A DNA stretch of 64,000 bases from Vitreimonas sp. (GCA_035627515.1 DASPLQ010000012.1:327269-391268); one strand, 5' to 3'; shown: positions 38,301 through 48,331, counted from the first letter of the stretch. Notes: a model not told the origin generated them from the letters alone. Translations and numbers: made by a program.

Positions 38301-41300
38301 GGGAAAATATATGTTAATGGAACGGATGTAACTAGCTTTAGTGGTAATCATATTAACCCCACTTCCTCTACCTATCCATTTGCAATTGGTGTCTCTTCGT
38401 TTAATCTAATTACGTTTCCTATGGATGGCGCAGTGGATTCGGTCCGCGTGTACACCCGCGTCCTCTCCGCCAGCGAACTCCTCACCAACTACCAAGCCAA
38501 CGCCAATCGCAACATCGTGGATTGGGGCGGAAATGGCGAAAGTTTAAATAGTACTACTGGCTTAGTGGCTCAGTGGGATTTTAATGAAACCTCAGGGACC
38601 ACCGCGTCAGTGACAGCTGGTTCATGTGGAGTTAGTTGCAACGCCACTTTGACTAGTTTTGCCAATACATCAGGCCAAGACGTGGTAGCTAACTCAGGAT
38701 GGACAGCAACCAATAAACGCTGGGGTACTGGGGCGGTGATGCTGGATGGTAGTGATGATTATTTGACCGATGCTTCGCCAGGTACCTTACCTACTGGAGC
38801 TACTGCACGCACTATCGAGATGTGGGTTAAACCCTCTAATTTATCAACCGGTGGAGCGTTATTTCACTACGGGAATGGCGCTACAGCCGGGCAAGAATTT
38901 ATTCTGCAATTCACTAATCTTTCGGGGGATCTTTATTTGTTTACTGATGGCACTAATGCTGCCAATAATATTGCCGTCCAACCAAGTGAAGCTCCCGCTA
39001 TTGGCGAGTGGAACCATGTAGTCTTTACTTTAGATGGCGCTAATAACTGGGTCTATTATCTCAATGGTGTCCGGCGACTATCTGGTACTTTCAGTGTAGC
39101 CATTAATACAGTAACGCCGACTGTGATGAACATTGGCGACCGCACTGATGTAGCAAACACTAATTTCCCAGGAGTGATTGATAGTACACGTGTCTATTCT
39201 CGGGCTCTTACTCCAGCTGAAATCATTGAAAACTACAAAGTCAGTGAGTTAGCTTGGCTCGAACGTGGTGTAGCTACTGGTGATGGTGAAACCCCAGCTA
39301 ACTCGAGTGGGCTAACTGCCGAATGGTATTTCAATCAAACCTCTGGCACTACTGCCAATGCTGGTGGCAGTTGTGGTGCTACTTGTAATGGCACACTTAC
39401 CAACTTTGCTTCTACCGGCTCTCAGGATGCTGCTGCAGGGACTGGTTGGACCGCCGCCAATCGCCGCTGGGGTGCCGGTGCTATTGCCTTTGATGGCACA
39501 GATGATTATGTGAGCGTGCCAGATAGTTCTGTGTATGAAACCTCTACCGGCAGTATTGAGTTATGGTTTAAGACCTCCACTAGCCAAGGGCCTCGCTATA
39601 TATTCAGCAAAAGCCAAACTGTTAACCAAGCCTTTAACTTCTATCAAGACACCTCTAACCGGTTGGCATTTTGGATCCGCAATACTGCCGGGACCAGCAG
39701 TATCACTATTACCTCTCAAAACGCCATTCATGATGGCGAGTGGCATCACGCAGTAGGAATTTGGGGCAGTAGTGGCATGAGGTTATACCTAGACGGTAAG
39801 CTGCAAAGCTCTAACACTTACACCGGGTGGTGGGATGGGACTACCGCTGCTTTGCAGTTTGGGCGTGAAGCCACTACACCTGGCTTCTATTGGAAAGGGA
39901 GCATGGATGCGGTACGGATGTACTCACGTGTGTTAACGCCTGAAGAGATTTTGTCCAACTACAATGCTGGTAACATCGAGTTACAAACCCGGACCAGCAG
40001 CGATGGCTCTACTTGGGGGGCTTGGTCACCGGTCAGTAGTGAGACAGCAATTGAAAGTTTTGATACCAATACTAGTGTGGCAACACCGAGCGCTCAGACC
40101 AATCTGACTTGGTATAAATACGATAATACACTCCCTCCTCAGACTTCAGATAGTGACAGTACCAATGGCCGGATTTTCTTAGGTAGTGCTGGCCGTGGTG
40201 ATGCAAGTGGAACGCTCGTTCCCCGAGTAATCTATGATGGCGGTGTCTACAAAATGTGGTATGCAGCTCTTAGTGGCAGTGGGTGGATGGGCTATCACGC
40301 TACCTCCCCCGATGGTTTGACTTGGACCAAATATGACAACGTTATTCCCACTACATCCAACACCACCGGCACCGGTGGGCGTTTACCATTAGGTGTAGGC
40401 GGTACTGGTGATGATGGTGGCGTTTATCCAGGGCCCGTGATCAAAGATGGTAATGAGTACAAAATGTGGTATCAAGGCGACGATGGAGCTAATTCTCGTG
40501 GATATATGGCCACATCAACAGACGGCATTAATTGGAATAAAGTCAATAATGGCATACCTGGCACTTCTAATACCACCGGCAGCAATGGCCAGCTTCCTTT
40601 GGGTGCTAGTAATGGTGATATCACTCATACTGTACCTGGTAGTGTCATTAAAGAAGGCTCCACTTTAAGGATGTGGTACAGCGGGTACAACGCTGCTTGG
40701 CGCATCTTCTATGCTGAGTCAACTGATGGTGGATATACCTGGACTAAGCAAGGTAATACGGCAGCTGGCACTTGTGATACAGTCTGTACTGAGGGGGCCG
40801 GCCGGCTGGGTCTGGGAACTAGTGGTAAGGGTGATGATAACGGTGTCTATGCTCCAATGGTGATTAAAGATGGCTCTACGTATAAGATGTGGTATGCGGG
40901 TCATGATGGCAGTACCGGTTGGCGCATTTTCTATGCTACCTCGCCCGATGGTTTGATTTGGACCAAGTACGACAATAATCTTCCGGGCCGTTCTGATAGT
41001 ATGGGCACTAACGGACGAATTGGCCATGGGAACACTGGTAAAAGTGATAATGGTACTGAACTCTATGGCATCAGTGTAGTGGATACCGGGACCCAGCTTA
41101 AAGCCTGGTATCACACCTATTACTCCGATGGCGTGAGCGTTAACACTCACTACATCAATCATGCCTACATGGATAAAGCAAACTCGCCGACTATCACCAA
41201 AGCGGACAGTAGCGCCATCAAAATGGAAGGTAGTAACGCCCTCAAACTCAATACTGCCACACCTCAGATTGACTCAAGCACTGTGGGTTATTGGAGCTTT

Positions 41301-44300
41301 GATGAAACGGGTGGCACCGGGGCTTATCTCCGAGACCAATCATATACCGCACCAGCAACTCCTGATGTCGGCGACGGTGCCGATGGCGCTATTACCGTTA
41401 GTGCCAATCGTAATATCAATACAGATAACATGATTAGTGGTCGCAGTTGTGCTGATGGTGGTGATGCTGTTAATTATTCTTCTACAGTTAATACAGCCAC
41501 AGGGTCAGCTTCAATTACGCTCTCCTCTACTCCTTCTACGGGCTGTTTAGCGGTTGGTGATGAGGTCCTGATTATTAATCAACAACTGATTGGGAGTCCC
41601 ATTGATTATGATCAGGTGGGGCAATGGGAAACTAAAACCATTCAATCTATTTCAACTAACACTCTCAACTTCGCTACTGGTTTAAGTAATGAGTACCGCG
41701 GGGCCACCCAAAGAATTATGGTGCAGCGAGTTCCCAACTATACCAATGTCACCATTAACTCTACCTTTACTTTGACTGCTAATGCCTGGAACGGCGTCAA
41801 GGGTGGAGTCCTTTTCTTCCGCGCTAATGGCACGGTTAGCAATAGTGGCACGATTGATATGAATGGCAAAGGGTACCGTGGGGCACCTAGAAGACAAGTA
41901 GGCGTTGATTATACATATGGCTGGATGGGCGAATCGGAAGCCGTGGGTTATCAGGCAATAGCTCAAGCAGCCAGCATTGCTTCAGGGGGTGGGGGTGGAA
42001 ATGGACAAGGCGGCGGTGCTGGTGGTAGTTACGGAACATTGGGTGTGGATGGTGTAGCTGCTGGTTGTACGGTGGGCGCACCTTTTACTACCGGTCGCAT
42101 TAAAGGTGATGCTGCATTAACCAAACTTCACTTTGGCGGAAGTGGTGGCGCCGCTGGCTCACATAATGGTGGCGGTCGTGATGGTGCTATCGGTGGAGCT
42201 AGTGGTGGCATTCTAGGCATTGCGGCTACCACTTTAACTAATAGTGGTACGATCCGAGCCAATGGTAGTGCCGGTGAAAATGGTTACTTCGCCGCTGGCG
42301 CCAACCAACCTATGGGTGGTGGTGGTGGTGGTGCCGGCGGTAGTGTGCTGATTCAAACTACAACTTTAACCACCGGCACTATTACTGCTAGTGGAGGTGC
42401 CGGTGGTTCGGCTTCTGCTACCGGAGCTGGCTGTACTCCTAGTGGTGCTGGCGGTGCCGGTGGCCAAGGTCGAATTAAAGTTGATACCACTTCAGCTCTC
42501 GGTGGGACAACTACACACCCTCTAACCTCTTCTTCTCCAGATCATGCTACTCCTACCGGCACTACCGTAGTAGACGGTGTAGTCGGCAAAGCTCGCAGCT
42601 TCAATGGCACTAGTGATTACTTGGAAATTCCTGACAGTGGCCAAATCAGAGTTGGTGAACCTCATTTTACGTTTGAAGGCTGGATTAATCCGAGCTCGTA
42701 CTCAGGTTGTGGGACAGATGGATCAGGCGCAACATGCATGATCGCCAACAAAGAAAACGTGTATGAGTTTGCTATGGCTAGTAACGGCAACGTTAACTGG
42801 GCTATTAATAATACCAGCCCTGGCTGGGCCTGGATTAGCACAGGAGCGAACCTTCCTCTAAATACTTGGACCCACATTGCCATTGTGTATGACGGTCAAT
42901 TCGTCTACACCTATAAAAATGGCCAACAAGTTCATATGAATGCCGCCAGTGGTGTTATCAATCACCAAACGGCTCGGGCGGCTCTCAGAATAGGGGCTCG
43001 TAATGCTCCGCTGGCAGCCAACTCATTTTTCCCAGGCAAAATGGATGAAATTAGTTTGTCATCTAGAGCCAAAACCAAAGAAGAAATTGACATGAGCTAC
43101 CGCCTGGGAGCAAATCAAACTGTCACTAAAACTATCTCCACTACTGATCTCTCAGGTAAAACTCAACTACCTTTTTATGTGGCTGCCGACCGACCTGGCA
43201 CCTACCTTCAGCCCACCCTCGGTGAAAATAGTTATGTTAACTATGACCCTGATTCAACCACGATTGCGCATTGGAAGTTTGAAGAGAATCTTAACTCATG
43301 GGGTGATTACTTCTTTGGCACCACTCTTGATAGTTCAAAGTGGATTGAGATTGATCCTGGAGGTAAGCTCGCCCAAAGCAATGGTATGATTCTTAGCGCA
43401 GGTTCAACTGGGGCCAACTGGGATGCGGGTTTAATTTCTAAACAGAAGTTTACTCGAGATCAAACTACTGTCTTGTATGCCAGATTCATAACTGGCTCCA
43501 CTGTGGCTTCACCCAATCATATGATGATCGGTTTTGCCCAAGATCAAACCGCGAGTGGTGCTTTTGGTACTATTTCTCATGCACTTTATTTTAATGCTGG
43601 AACTTTTTATATGTTCCAAGATGGAGCTAACGTAGGTGGCCCTCTCGGTAGTGGCTACGTCGCCAACACATTGTATGAGATTTCCGTTCAACTTAATTCA
43701 AATGGGACCGCCACCTATTATGTAAAAGGTGGGGTCTATACCAACTGGACAGCGTTAGGTACTGACACTGCCAAAACCAACTCTCCACTTAGAGTTCAAA
43801 TCTCTAACTATCAACACACAGGGTATTTTAGTGAAATTGCAGTAGGTGTCCCTGATCGATTAGTGACCGATAGCAGTGGCTATGACAATCATGGCCAAGT
43901 CTATAATGCCAAAACTTTTCCGGGTAAATTGGGTTCGGGCCGCAATTTTAATGGCATGGATAGTTTTATCTGGGTTCCTCCGTCTAATATTAGATACAAT
44001 TTTTTTCAATCCGATCCTTTTACTATAGAAGCCTGGGTAAGGCCAACTGCTGTGAGTAGCACCGACCGGTACATCTTTAACAAACAACAAAATGTCACTA
44101 ATGAATTCGTTTTCGCCCTTAATTTAACTTCAGGTAATAAATTTAACCTGGCTCTATCAAAACAAAATATTAGCGGACAAAACATCACTGGAACCAGTAC
44201 ACCTGTAGCTGGCCAGTGGTACCATGTAGTAGGCGTCAGCAACGGCACGACTGCCTCTTTATATGTAAATGGGCAGCTAGAGGCCAGTAGTGCTATTAGC

Positions 44301-46442
44301 ATTACGAGCACTACTCAATCTAAAGCAGATATCCAAATTGGTCGTTTATACACCGGAGCAAATTACTTTGCCGGCGAAATGGATGAAATTCGCATCTCCA
44401 ACATCGCCCGCACTGCGGATGAGATTCGCCAAGCTTATGAAGTTGGTAAACGCTCTTACCCTATTACCATTGATTTCACTGCCGATCTTGATTCAGGAAA
44501 TTTGATCACTAATTCGGGCGATACTTCATTTACAGTTGATGGCACTGCTTGGGGTATGGGTAGCAAGGGCAACAACCTGTACGTAGGTGAGAAAGTCATC
44601 ATCAAAGAAAATTACGATGGTACTGAGTACATTGCTCAGGGTATAGTAACCACTGTCAATGCTTCTACGGGTGCAGTTAATGTGAGTAGCTGGGATGCCG
44701 GTTCTACTTTCCCTTCCGGCGGCTTCACCACCAATGCCATTGTTTTCAAATGGCAACGAGAGTATTGGGACATTACAGGAGCGTTTGATTCGCATCTCAA
44801 TGCCACTACCGATCTCAGTTTACGCGTCACTAATGGTCTGGAAGGCCGCACCATTTGGATCGATGATCTCAAATCAAACGCCGGTTATATGAGCACTGCT
44901 ACTGGTACTGATGTTACCTCTTCACCAAATCGTTACATTCAATACCGAGCCATTATTTCCAGTAGCGATACAAATGTCTCTCCTGCTATGCGGACTGTAG
45001 CTATGACATATGAGGAAAATGTCGCTCCCAACACACCCACATTAGATTCACCTGCTAATGCGGCCACTGGCGTCACCACCAGTCCAACTCTACAAACCAC
45101 CGCTACCGATACTGAAAGTGATTACTTGCGCTATAAGATCGAGCTTTGTACTGATTTAGCTATGACCACTGGCTGCCAAACCTTTGACCAAACCAGCTCC
45201 CAAACGGGATGGAGTGGTCAGAATGCCCAAACCAGTACCGCTTATAATTCTGGGTCTCAAGCTAGTTACACCCTACAAACACCACTCACCTCCAACACTA
45301 CCTATTACTGGCGCTCCTACGCCATCGATCCCGGCGGCCGCTATGCGTGGAGCAGCACCCAAGGTACGCCGTACTCCTTTACCACCAATAAAGCTCCCAA
45401 TGTGCCCACGCTCGACGCGCCTACCGACACTGCCACTAATCAACTGCTACTGCCGCTCTTGCACACCACTGCCACCGATGACAACAGTGATTACCTACGC
45501 TATAAAATCGAACTCTGTACCAATGTCGGTATGACCACGAGCTGCCAAACTTTTGATCAAACCAGTTCCCAAACGGGTTGGAGCGGTCAAAATGCCCAAA
45601 CCAGTACTGCCTATACTTCGGGCACTCAGGCAACGTACACCATTCAGTCTGCCCTCAGTCCCAACACCACCTACTATTGGCGCTCTTACGCCATTGATCC
45701 AGGCGGGTCTAATAGTTGGGGAGCTACACAAGGTACCCCCTACTCCTTTACCACTTCGGCAGTACCTACCGCTCCTAATCTACTAGAAGCTGAAGCCACC
45801 ACTAATCCCACTGGCGTCACCGACATTACACCAGAATTCACGGCTATTTATAACGATCCCAATAGTGGTGACTTAGCCAATAAATATCAAATTCAAGTCG
45901 CCACCGCGGCGGATTTTAGTGGCACGTTGATGTGGGACTCAGGGTCAGTATCAATGTCTAATCTCACTCAAGGCACTCGCTCAACCGCTGTCTCGTATGC
46001 AGGTACAGCCTTAACCTACAACGGCGCCACGTATTACTGGCGAATCCGTTTCACCGATGTGGCTGGCAATGTAGGAGCCTGGAGCAACGAAACTGCCACC
46101 TTTACCATGTACAACTTATTGACTCCGTCTTCCTGTACTCTGGCGAAAACTATCCCCAACACGCAAATCACCGTCAGCTGGAATGATCCTAATAGTGGTG
46201 AAGATGGCTATGAGGTGCAAAAGAGTCTCAATGGGGGGGCTTTTGGTGCTTTGACCACTACTGCTGCTAACGCTACTTCCTATCCAGATAACACTACGAG
46301 CGATGGTAATACCTACCAATACCGCGTCCGCGCCACCATGAACAGTCAAACCTCGAACTGGTGCACAACTGCTACATTGTCACTTGATACTGACTACTTA
46401 AGATTGGAAGGCGTCAAGCTCGATGGTTTACAACTCAATTAA
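35301..46442 (+). CDS. giant (3713 aa) membrane-anchored multidomain surface protein: at least 7 LamG/ConA-like lectin modules, 5 beta-propeller-blade-like repeats, glycine-rich beta-helix-like block, 4 C-terminal FN3-like domains
   Basis: Uninterrupted 11.1-kb ORF starting 83 nt after giant gene 1. Basic N-terminal tail and TM (LVSVGTGLALAVLVLSGLYY). LamG-type C-terminal motifs recur (GRMDEIRLSNSARTQIEIKEA, GSLDEIRISGVARSADEI, MDGAVDSVRVYTRVLSASELLTNY, GVIDSTRVYSRALTPAEIIENY, GSMDAVRMYSRVLTPEEILSNY, GKMDEISLSSRAKTKEEI, GEMDEIRISNIARTADEIRQAYE). ~55-aa repeats with ...DGG.YKMWY... occur five times between 40100 and 41150. Poly-Gly/Ala/Ser block at 41950-42480. FN3-like repeats at 45000-46400. 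Confidence 0.85.
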   Translation: MLQSLLAKLAQKIAPHRTAWDRAVRLVQHTTRPARHEARRRLSYAWASTYNRVHHRWHIFSQTPRGKKVKKLLEKLPFVTPQKRAFIHQHPQLVSVGTGLALAVLVLSGLYYRWWYSPSPRFKPNFFNPGTFSGQNPTSPLVANIAKTKTGAQVQILNGNSGIEFITPIIKAEMKIAQDKAIFKDKNQAQEVRYQLIDKGIKEEIILHTDPQTNTFTSGLQTKDATPALTADQQIIFLNDQNEYVFHLEKPWAKDANGDITYAVSYKLVPKEKPGLFNLNKQTEQNTALSPLGQLNASTVDLMGGVSQLASPTSAAITPDGAYDLVMEIDPRWMSAPERVYPITIDPTVIYEVSSEYASGEYNRAYDAGYNRTPDSNNNNRELSADTNTIGLWHLNEIGAATHIDSSGNGNTGTSSNATVVDAQINKGLSFNGSSTIVSVADSTSLDSITNNMTIEMWINPGSTQNAFSTIMSKHSTGTGVFSLEQNNTSTNVYNMWFSGNTCTDILTLTANKWQHIAVVKNGTSVNSYIDGHFHRSCTLASSTITPNNDLLYFGRWSSGGGRFFTGRMDEIRLSNSARTQIEIKEAAQKGPSIESFYQELPADEHTLGLWHMNEGTDNTCSGGQDLCDVSGNSLHATFNGNAAFTTNGRLGTYGMNLDGNADYAEFPDSSLLDLGTSDFTLETWAYANSFTTNNTYMELGSWPSAMIFRQDSASVLGFYTMSGSYTFSYSPPTKQWYHVALVRNKGVLTLYADGKFVGNQLSDATITVAGVNRFGSSVHTTAQYFNGSLDEIRISGVARSADEIKLNAQRRPYAIYTSPVIDLTQNLDDGSKGELLMDNTSLVAQWNFNETSGTNVNSLAGSCGNNCNGTLYNAADTSGQDKVVGSGWTNTNKKWGQSSLMLDGSNDYVSMGVNSNLNFTTQNFTMEGWFKFDSLASTQVLMGNGTGNQNGYFLYWESSSGTLSFATAQSGTTQVSFSTASPITTGQWYHLAVSRNGSTGKIYVNGTDVTSFSGNHINPTSSTYPFAIGVSSFNLITFPMDGAVDSVRVYTRVLSASELLTNYQANANRNIVDWGGNGESLNSTTGLVAQWDFNETSGTTASVTAGSCGVSCNATLTSFANTSGQDVVANSGWTATNKRWGTGAVMLDGSDDYLTDASPGTLPTGATARTIEMWVKPSNLSTGGALFHYGNGATAGQEFILQFTNLSGDLYLFTDGTNAANNIAVQPSEAPAIGEWNHVVFTLDGANNWVYYLNGVRRLSGTFSVAINTVTPTVMNIGDRTDVANTNFPGVIDSTRVYSRALTPAEIIENYKVSELAWLERGVATGDGETPANSSGLTAEWYFNQTSGTTANAGGSCGATCNGTLTNFASTGSQDAAAGTGWTAANRRWGAGAIAFDGTDDYVSVPDSSVYETSTGSIELWFKTSTSQGPRYIFSKSQTVNQAFNFYQDTSNRLAFWIRNTAGTSSITITSQNAIHDGEWHHAVGIWGSSGMRLYLDGKLQSSNTYTGWWDGTTAALQFGREATTPGFYWKGSMDAVRMYSRVLTPEEILSNYNAGNIELQTRTSSDGSTWGAWSPVSSETAIESFDTNTSVATPSAQTNLTWYKYDNTLPPQTSDSDSTNGRIFLGSAGRGDASGTLVPRVIYDGGVYKMWYAALSGSGWMGYHATSPDGLTWTKYDNVIPTTSNTTGTGGRLPLGVGGTGDDGGVYPGPVIKDGNEYKMWYQGDDGANSRGYMATSTDGINWNKVNNGIPGTSNTTGSNGQLPLGASNGDITHTVPGSVIKEGSTLRMWYSGYNAAWRIFYAESTDGGYTWTKQGNTAAGTCDTVCTEGAGRLGLGTSGKGDDNGVYAPMVIKDGSTYKMWYAGHDGSTGWRIFYATSPDGLIWTKYDNNLPGRSDSMGTNGRIGHGNTGKSDNGTELYGISVVDTGTQLKAWYHTYYSDGVSVNTHYINHAYMDKANSPTITKADSSAIKMEGSNALKLNTATPQIDSSTVGYWSFDETGGTGAYLRDQSYTAPATPDVGDGADGAITVSANRNINTDNMISGRSCADGGDAVNYSSTVNTATGSASITLSSTPSTGCLAVGDEVLIINQQLIGSPIDYDQVGQWETKTIQSISTNTLNFATGLSNEYRGATQRIMVQRVPNYTNVTINSTFTLTANAWNGVKGGVLFFRANGTVSNSGTIDMNGKGYRGAPRRQVGVDYTYGWMGESEAVGYQAIAQAASIASGGGGGNGQGGGAGGSYGTLGVDGVAAGCTVGAPFTTGRIKGDAALTKLHFGGSGGAAGSHNGGGRDGAIGGASGGILGIAATTLTNSGTIRANGSAGENGYFAAGANQPMGGGGGGAGGSVLIQTTTLTTGTITASGGAGGSASATGAGCTPSGAGGAGGQGRIKVDTTSALGGTTTHPLTSSSPDHATPTGTTVVDGVVGKARSFNGTSDYLEIPDSGQIRVGEPHFTFEGWINPSSYSGCGTDGSGATCMIANKENVYEFAMASNGNVNWAINNTSPGWAWISTGANLPLNTWTHIAIVYDGQFVYTYKNGQQVHMNAASGVINHQTARAALRIGARNAPLAANSFFPGKMDEISLSSRAKTKEEIDMSYRLGANQTVTKTISTTDLSGKTQLPFYVAADRPGTYLQPTLGENSYVNYDPDSTTIAHWKFEENLNSWGDYFFGTTLDSSKWIEIDPGGKLAQSNGMILSAGSTGANWDAGLISKQKFTRDQTTVLYARFITGSTVASPNHMMIGFAQDQTASGAFGTISHALYFNAGTFYMFQDGANVGGPLGSGYVANTLYEISVQLNSNGTATYYVKGGVYTNWTALGTDTAKTNSPLRVQISNYQHTGYFSEIAVGVPDRLVTDSSGYDNHGQVYNAKTFPGKLGSGRNFNGMDSFIWVPPSNIRYNFFQSDPFTIEAWVRPTAVSSTDRYIFNKQQNVTNEFVFALNLTSGNKFNLALSKQNISGQNITGTSTPVAGQWYHVVGVSNGTTASLYVNGQLEASSAISITSTTQSKADIQIGRLYTGANYFAGEMDEIRISNIARTADEIRQAYEVGKRSYPITIDFTADLDSGNLITNSGDTSFTVDGTAWGMGSKGNNLYVGEKVIIKENYDGTEYIAQGIVTTVNASTGAVNVSSWDAGSTFPSGGFTTNAIVFKWQREYWDITGAFDSHLNATTDLSLRVTNGLEGRTIWIDDLKSNAGYMSTATGTDVTSSPNRYIQYRAIISSSDTNVSPAMRTVAMTYEENVAPNTPTLDSPANAATGVTTSPTLQTTATDTESDYLRYKIELCTDLAMTTGCQTFDQTSSQTGWSGQNAQTSTAYNSGSQASYTLQTPLTSNTTYYWRSYAIDPGGRYAWSSTQGTPYSFTTNKAPNVPTLDAPTDTATNQLLLPLLHTTATDDNSDYLRYKIELCTNVGMTTSCQTFDQTSSQTGWSGQNAQTSTAYTSGTQATYTIQSALSPNTTYYWRSYAIDPGGSNSWGATQGTPYSFTTSAVPTAPNLLEAEATTNPTGVTDITPEFTAIYNDPNSGDLANKYQIQVATAADFSGTLMWDSGSVSMSNLTQGTRSTAVSYAGTALTYNGATYYWRIRFTDVAGNVGAWSNETATFTMYNLLTPSSCTLAKTIPNTQITVSWNDPNSGEDGYEVQKSLNGGAFGALTTTAANATSYPDNTTSDGNTYQYRVRATMNSQTSNWCTTATLSLDTDYLRLEGVKLDGLQLN
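45010..45760 (+). repeat. tandem duplicated ~375-nt FN3-like coding repeat near the 3' end of giant gene 2
   Basis: Two adjacent copies (NVAPNTPTLDSPAN...DYLRYKIELCTDLAMTTGCQTFDQTSSQTGWSGQNAQTSTAYNSGSQASYTLQ...TTYYWRSYAIDPGG and KAPNVPTLDAPTD...DYLRYKIELCTNVGMTTSCQTFDQTSSQTGWSGQNAQTSTAYTSGTQATYTIQ...TTYYWRSYAIDPGG) with long identical nucleotide runs, e.g. cagtgattac[ct]t[gc]cgctata[ak]a[ag]atcga[ga]ct[tc]tgtac. Confidence 0.7.
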
Positions 46443-46514
46443 CCACCGGACAAAAGCCCTGCTTGCAGGAGGTTTAAAAAATACCGTATTATTACTACTA
46501 TACATCTGATTGCC

Positions 46515-47270
46515 ATGCACACTTCTCGGCATACAAAAAAGAAACATCCAACTAAAGTTTCTTCTCATAGGAGCACGCTTCGTATGTCTACATCCACCTC
46601 ATCTCGAGGCTTAATTTCTTTTCAACAAGTCCGCTTAGTAGTGCTGATACTCATTTTGGTACTATTGCTTGGCTTATGCGCCTTTTTATGGAAGATGTAC
46701 ACTACTCCCGCTCAAGTACGAATGTTACGCGGCAATGACCTCGCTCATTCAAATCCTACTGAAACCCAACCTACCATTGATAGTTTTATTAAGCAGCCTG
46801 AAGGTTCGCAACCTGCTCCCGGTGAGTTAAACAGCTTATTGGCTGCCCCCTCTGCCGCACCTACCACTACTAATCCTCCTTCACCTACAACTGCGGCACC
46901 TTCTGCAAAACCTATTGTTACTCCCTTAGCTAAAGGCCCCCAAACGTACTTTGTGCGCAGTGGCAACACGGTTGGTCCCCAAATTCTGCAAGTTGATATT
47001 AGTGAGTTTGACCCTGCTCCCAATACCATGCAGAGTTTTACCGTCAAATTACGTAACCTCAGTCCCCAACCTATCACTAAAGTCTCGATTGAATTAAGTA
47101 CTGATAATGGCACTAAAACATACCCTCTATCGCTTAGTGAAGGTAGCGCTGAAGCTGGTATCTGGAAAGGCAGCTGGTCCACGACTGATACACATAATCG
47201 TATTTATACAGCTAAAGTGGTGGCAGCGGATGGCAATAATAGCGGAAGTGTTGTCTTGACATTCAGATAA
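46515..47270 (+). CDS. membrane-anchored secreted protein with Pro/Thr/Ala-rich linker and C-terminal beta-rich domain
   Basis: Basic N-terminus, TM (LVVLILILVLLLGLCAFLW), APSAAPTTTNPPSPTTAAPS linker. No family recognised. Confidence 0.5.
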   Translation: MHTSRHTKKKHPTKVSSHRSTLRMSTSTSSRGLISFQQVRLVVLILILVLLLGLCAFLWKMYTTPAQVRMLRGNDLAHSNPTETQPTIDSFIKQPEGSQPAPGELNSLLAAPSAAPTTTNPPSPTTAAPSAKPIVTPLAKGPQTYFVRSGNTVGPQILQVDISEFDPAPNTMQSFTVKLRNLSPQPITKVSIELSTDNGTKTYPLSLSEGSAEAGIWKGSWSTTDTHNRIYTAKVVAADGNNSGSVVLTFR

Positions 47271-47300
47271 AAAACAGCCATCCTTATAGGAGCTTCACTC

Positions 47301-48320
47301 ATGAAAATTACCTCATTCACCAAAATTTTAAGCTCTAGTCTTATATTATTCAGTTTGTTACTCATTCTTCCCACTTCTGTCCAGGCTGTGGCTTGTGAAC
47401 CACAGCAACGTGGCAACACCACGTTTAATTCGAGCTGTGCTTTTGATGGCGAAGTCCATGGTGTGTATGAAGGTGATTTAATCTTATCTGAAGGTGCCAC
47501 ATTGACTATTAATGCTGGCCAAACGATTTACTGGGGAGCCACCAATAAAATTGATTTGACCCCGGGTGGAGCAATTGCTATTAACGCCACTGGCCAAATG
47601 AAACAAGGCGATTTACAAGAATTCAATATGGCTCGCTTTGGTTTCGATACCTATGGCGCAGCCTTGCCCGTACGCATTTTTGAAAATAACATGTTCGTTT
47701 GTACAGGTACTTCTTGTCAAGCTACCGCCCCTAGCGCCGCTGGTAACTTGATTGTGGAAGGTGTCATCAAAATGACCGGTGGCACTCCTGGTGCCGGTAA
47801 AGTCTTAACCTCCGATGCCAATGGCGTCGCTAGTTGGCAAACCGTTTCAGGAATTCCTTCTGGTTTAATTGCAGCTTTCGCCTCAGCCTGCCCTTCTGGC
47901 TGGACAGAGTACACTGCCGCTCGAGGTCGCTATGTGGTCGGTGTCGTTAATGGCGGAACTGTAGAAGCCACGGTAGGAACTGCTTTTACCACCAACCAAG
48001 AAAGCCGACCCGTGGGTCAACATAATCATTCAATTGACCCTCCTAATACAGTTACAGATAACCAAGGCTCACATGCTCATAACGTTTATACTCGTAAAGA
48101 AGAAGACAACGGCACCTGGGGTTTTGATTGGGCACAAGGTGGCTATGATTACTACACTTGCTGCCGCTTTGGCCGACCTGGTGTATTCTTCGGCACTACT
48201 GATTCCCAAGGCTTACATGGTCATAACTTAAATATTGCTGCCTTTAACAGTGCGGATTCTGGTGCTGTAGCTGGCACCAATGCTCCCTATATCCAACTTC
48301 GTTACTGTAAAAAAGATTAG
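47301..48320 (+). CDS. secreted phage tail-collar domain protein (MdpB / Phage_T4_gp36-like)
   Basis: Signal peptide MKITSFTKILSSSLILFSLLLILPTSVQA. C-terminal GIPSGLIAAFASACPSGWTEYTAARGRYVVGVVNGG...GQHNHSIDPP...GSHAHN matches the tail-collar pattern (PSGW..CDG......RGRF.VG, then H.H motifs). Confidence 0.6.
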   Translation: MKITSFTKILSSSLILFSLLLILPTSVQAVACEPQQRGNTTFNSSCAFDGEVHGVYEGDLILSEGATLTINAGQTIYWGATNKIDLTPGGAIAINATGQMKQGDLQEFNMARFGFDTYGAALPVRIFENNMFVCTGTSCQATAPSAAGNLIVEGVIKMTGGTPGAGKVLTSDANGVASWQTVSGIPSGLIAAFASACPSGWTEYTAARGRYVVGVVNGGTVEATVGTAFTTNQESRPVGQHNHSIDPPNTVTDNQGSHAHNVYTRKEEDNGTWGFDWAQGGYDYYTCCRFGRPGVFFGTTDSQGLHGHNLNIAAFNSADSGAVAGTNAPYIQLRYCKKD

Positions 48321-48331
48321 TTAGGCTGGTT

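Noticed and set aside
35325-46349. Antisense and alternative-frame small ORFs inside giant gene 2 (e.g. 40719-41162, 44006-44311, 45184-45534)
   Set aside because: Same reasoning: embedded in a continuous 11.1-kb ORF with coherent domain architecture.
46443-46514. Possible terminator after giant gene 2 (cctgcttgcagg followed by aggtttaaaaaat)
   Set aside because: Stem of 4-5 bp with a 2-4-nt loop, and the downstream tract is A-rich not U-rich on the coding strand. Not convincing.
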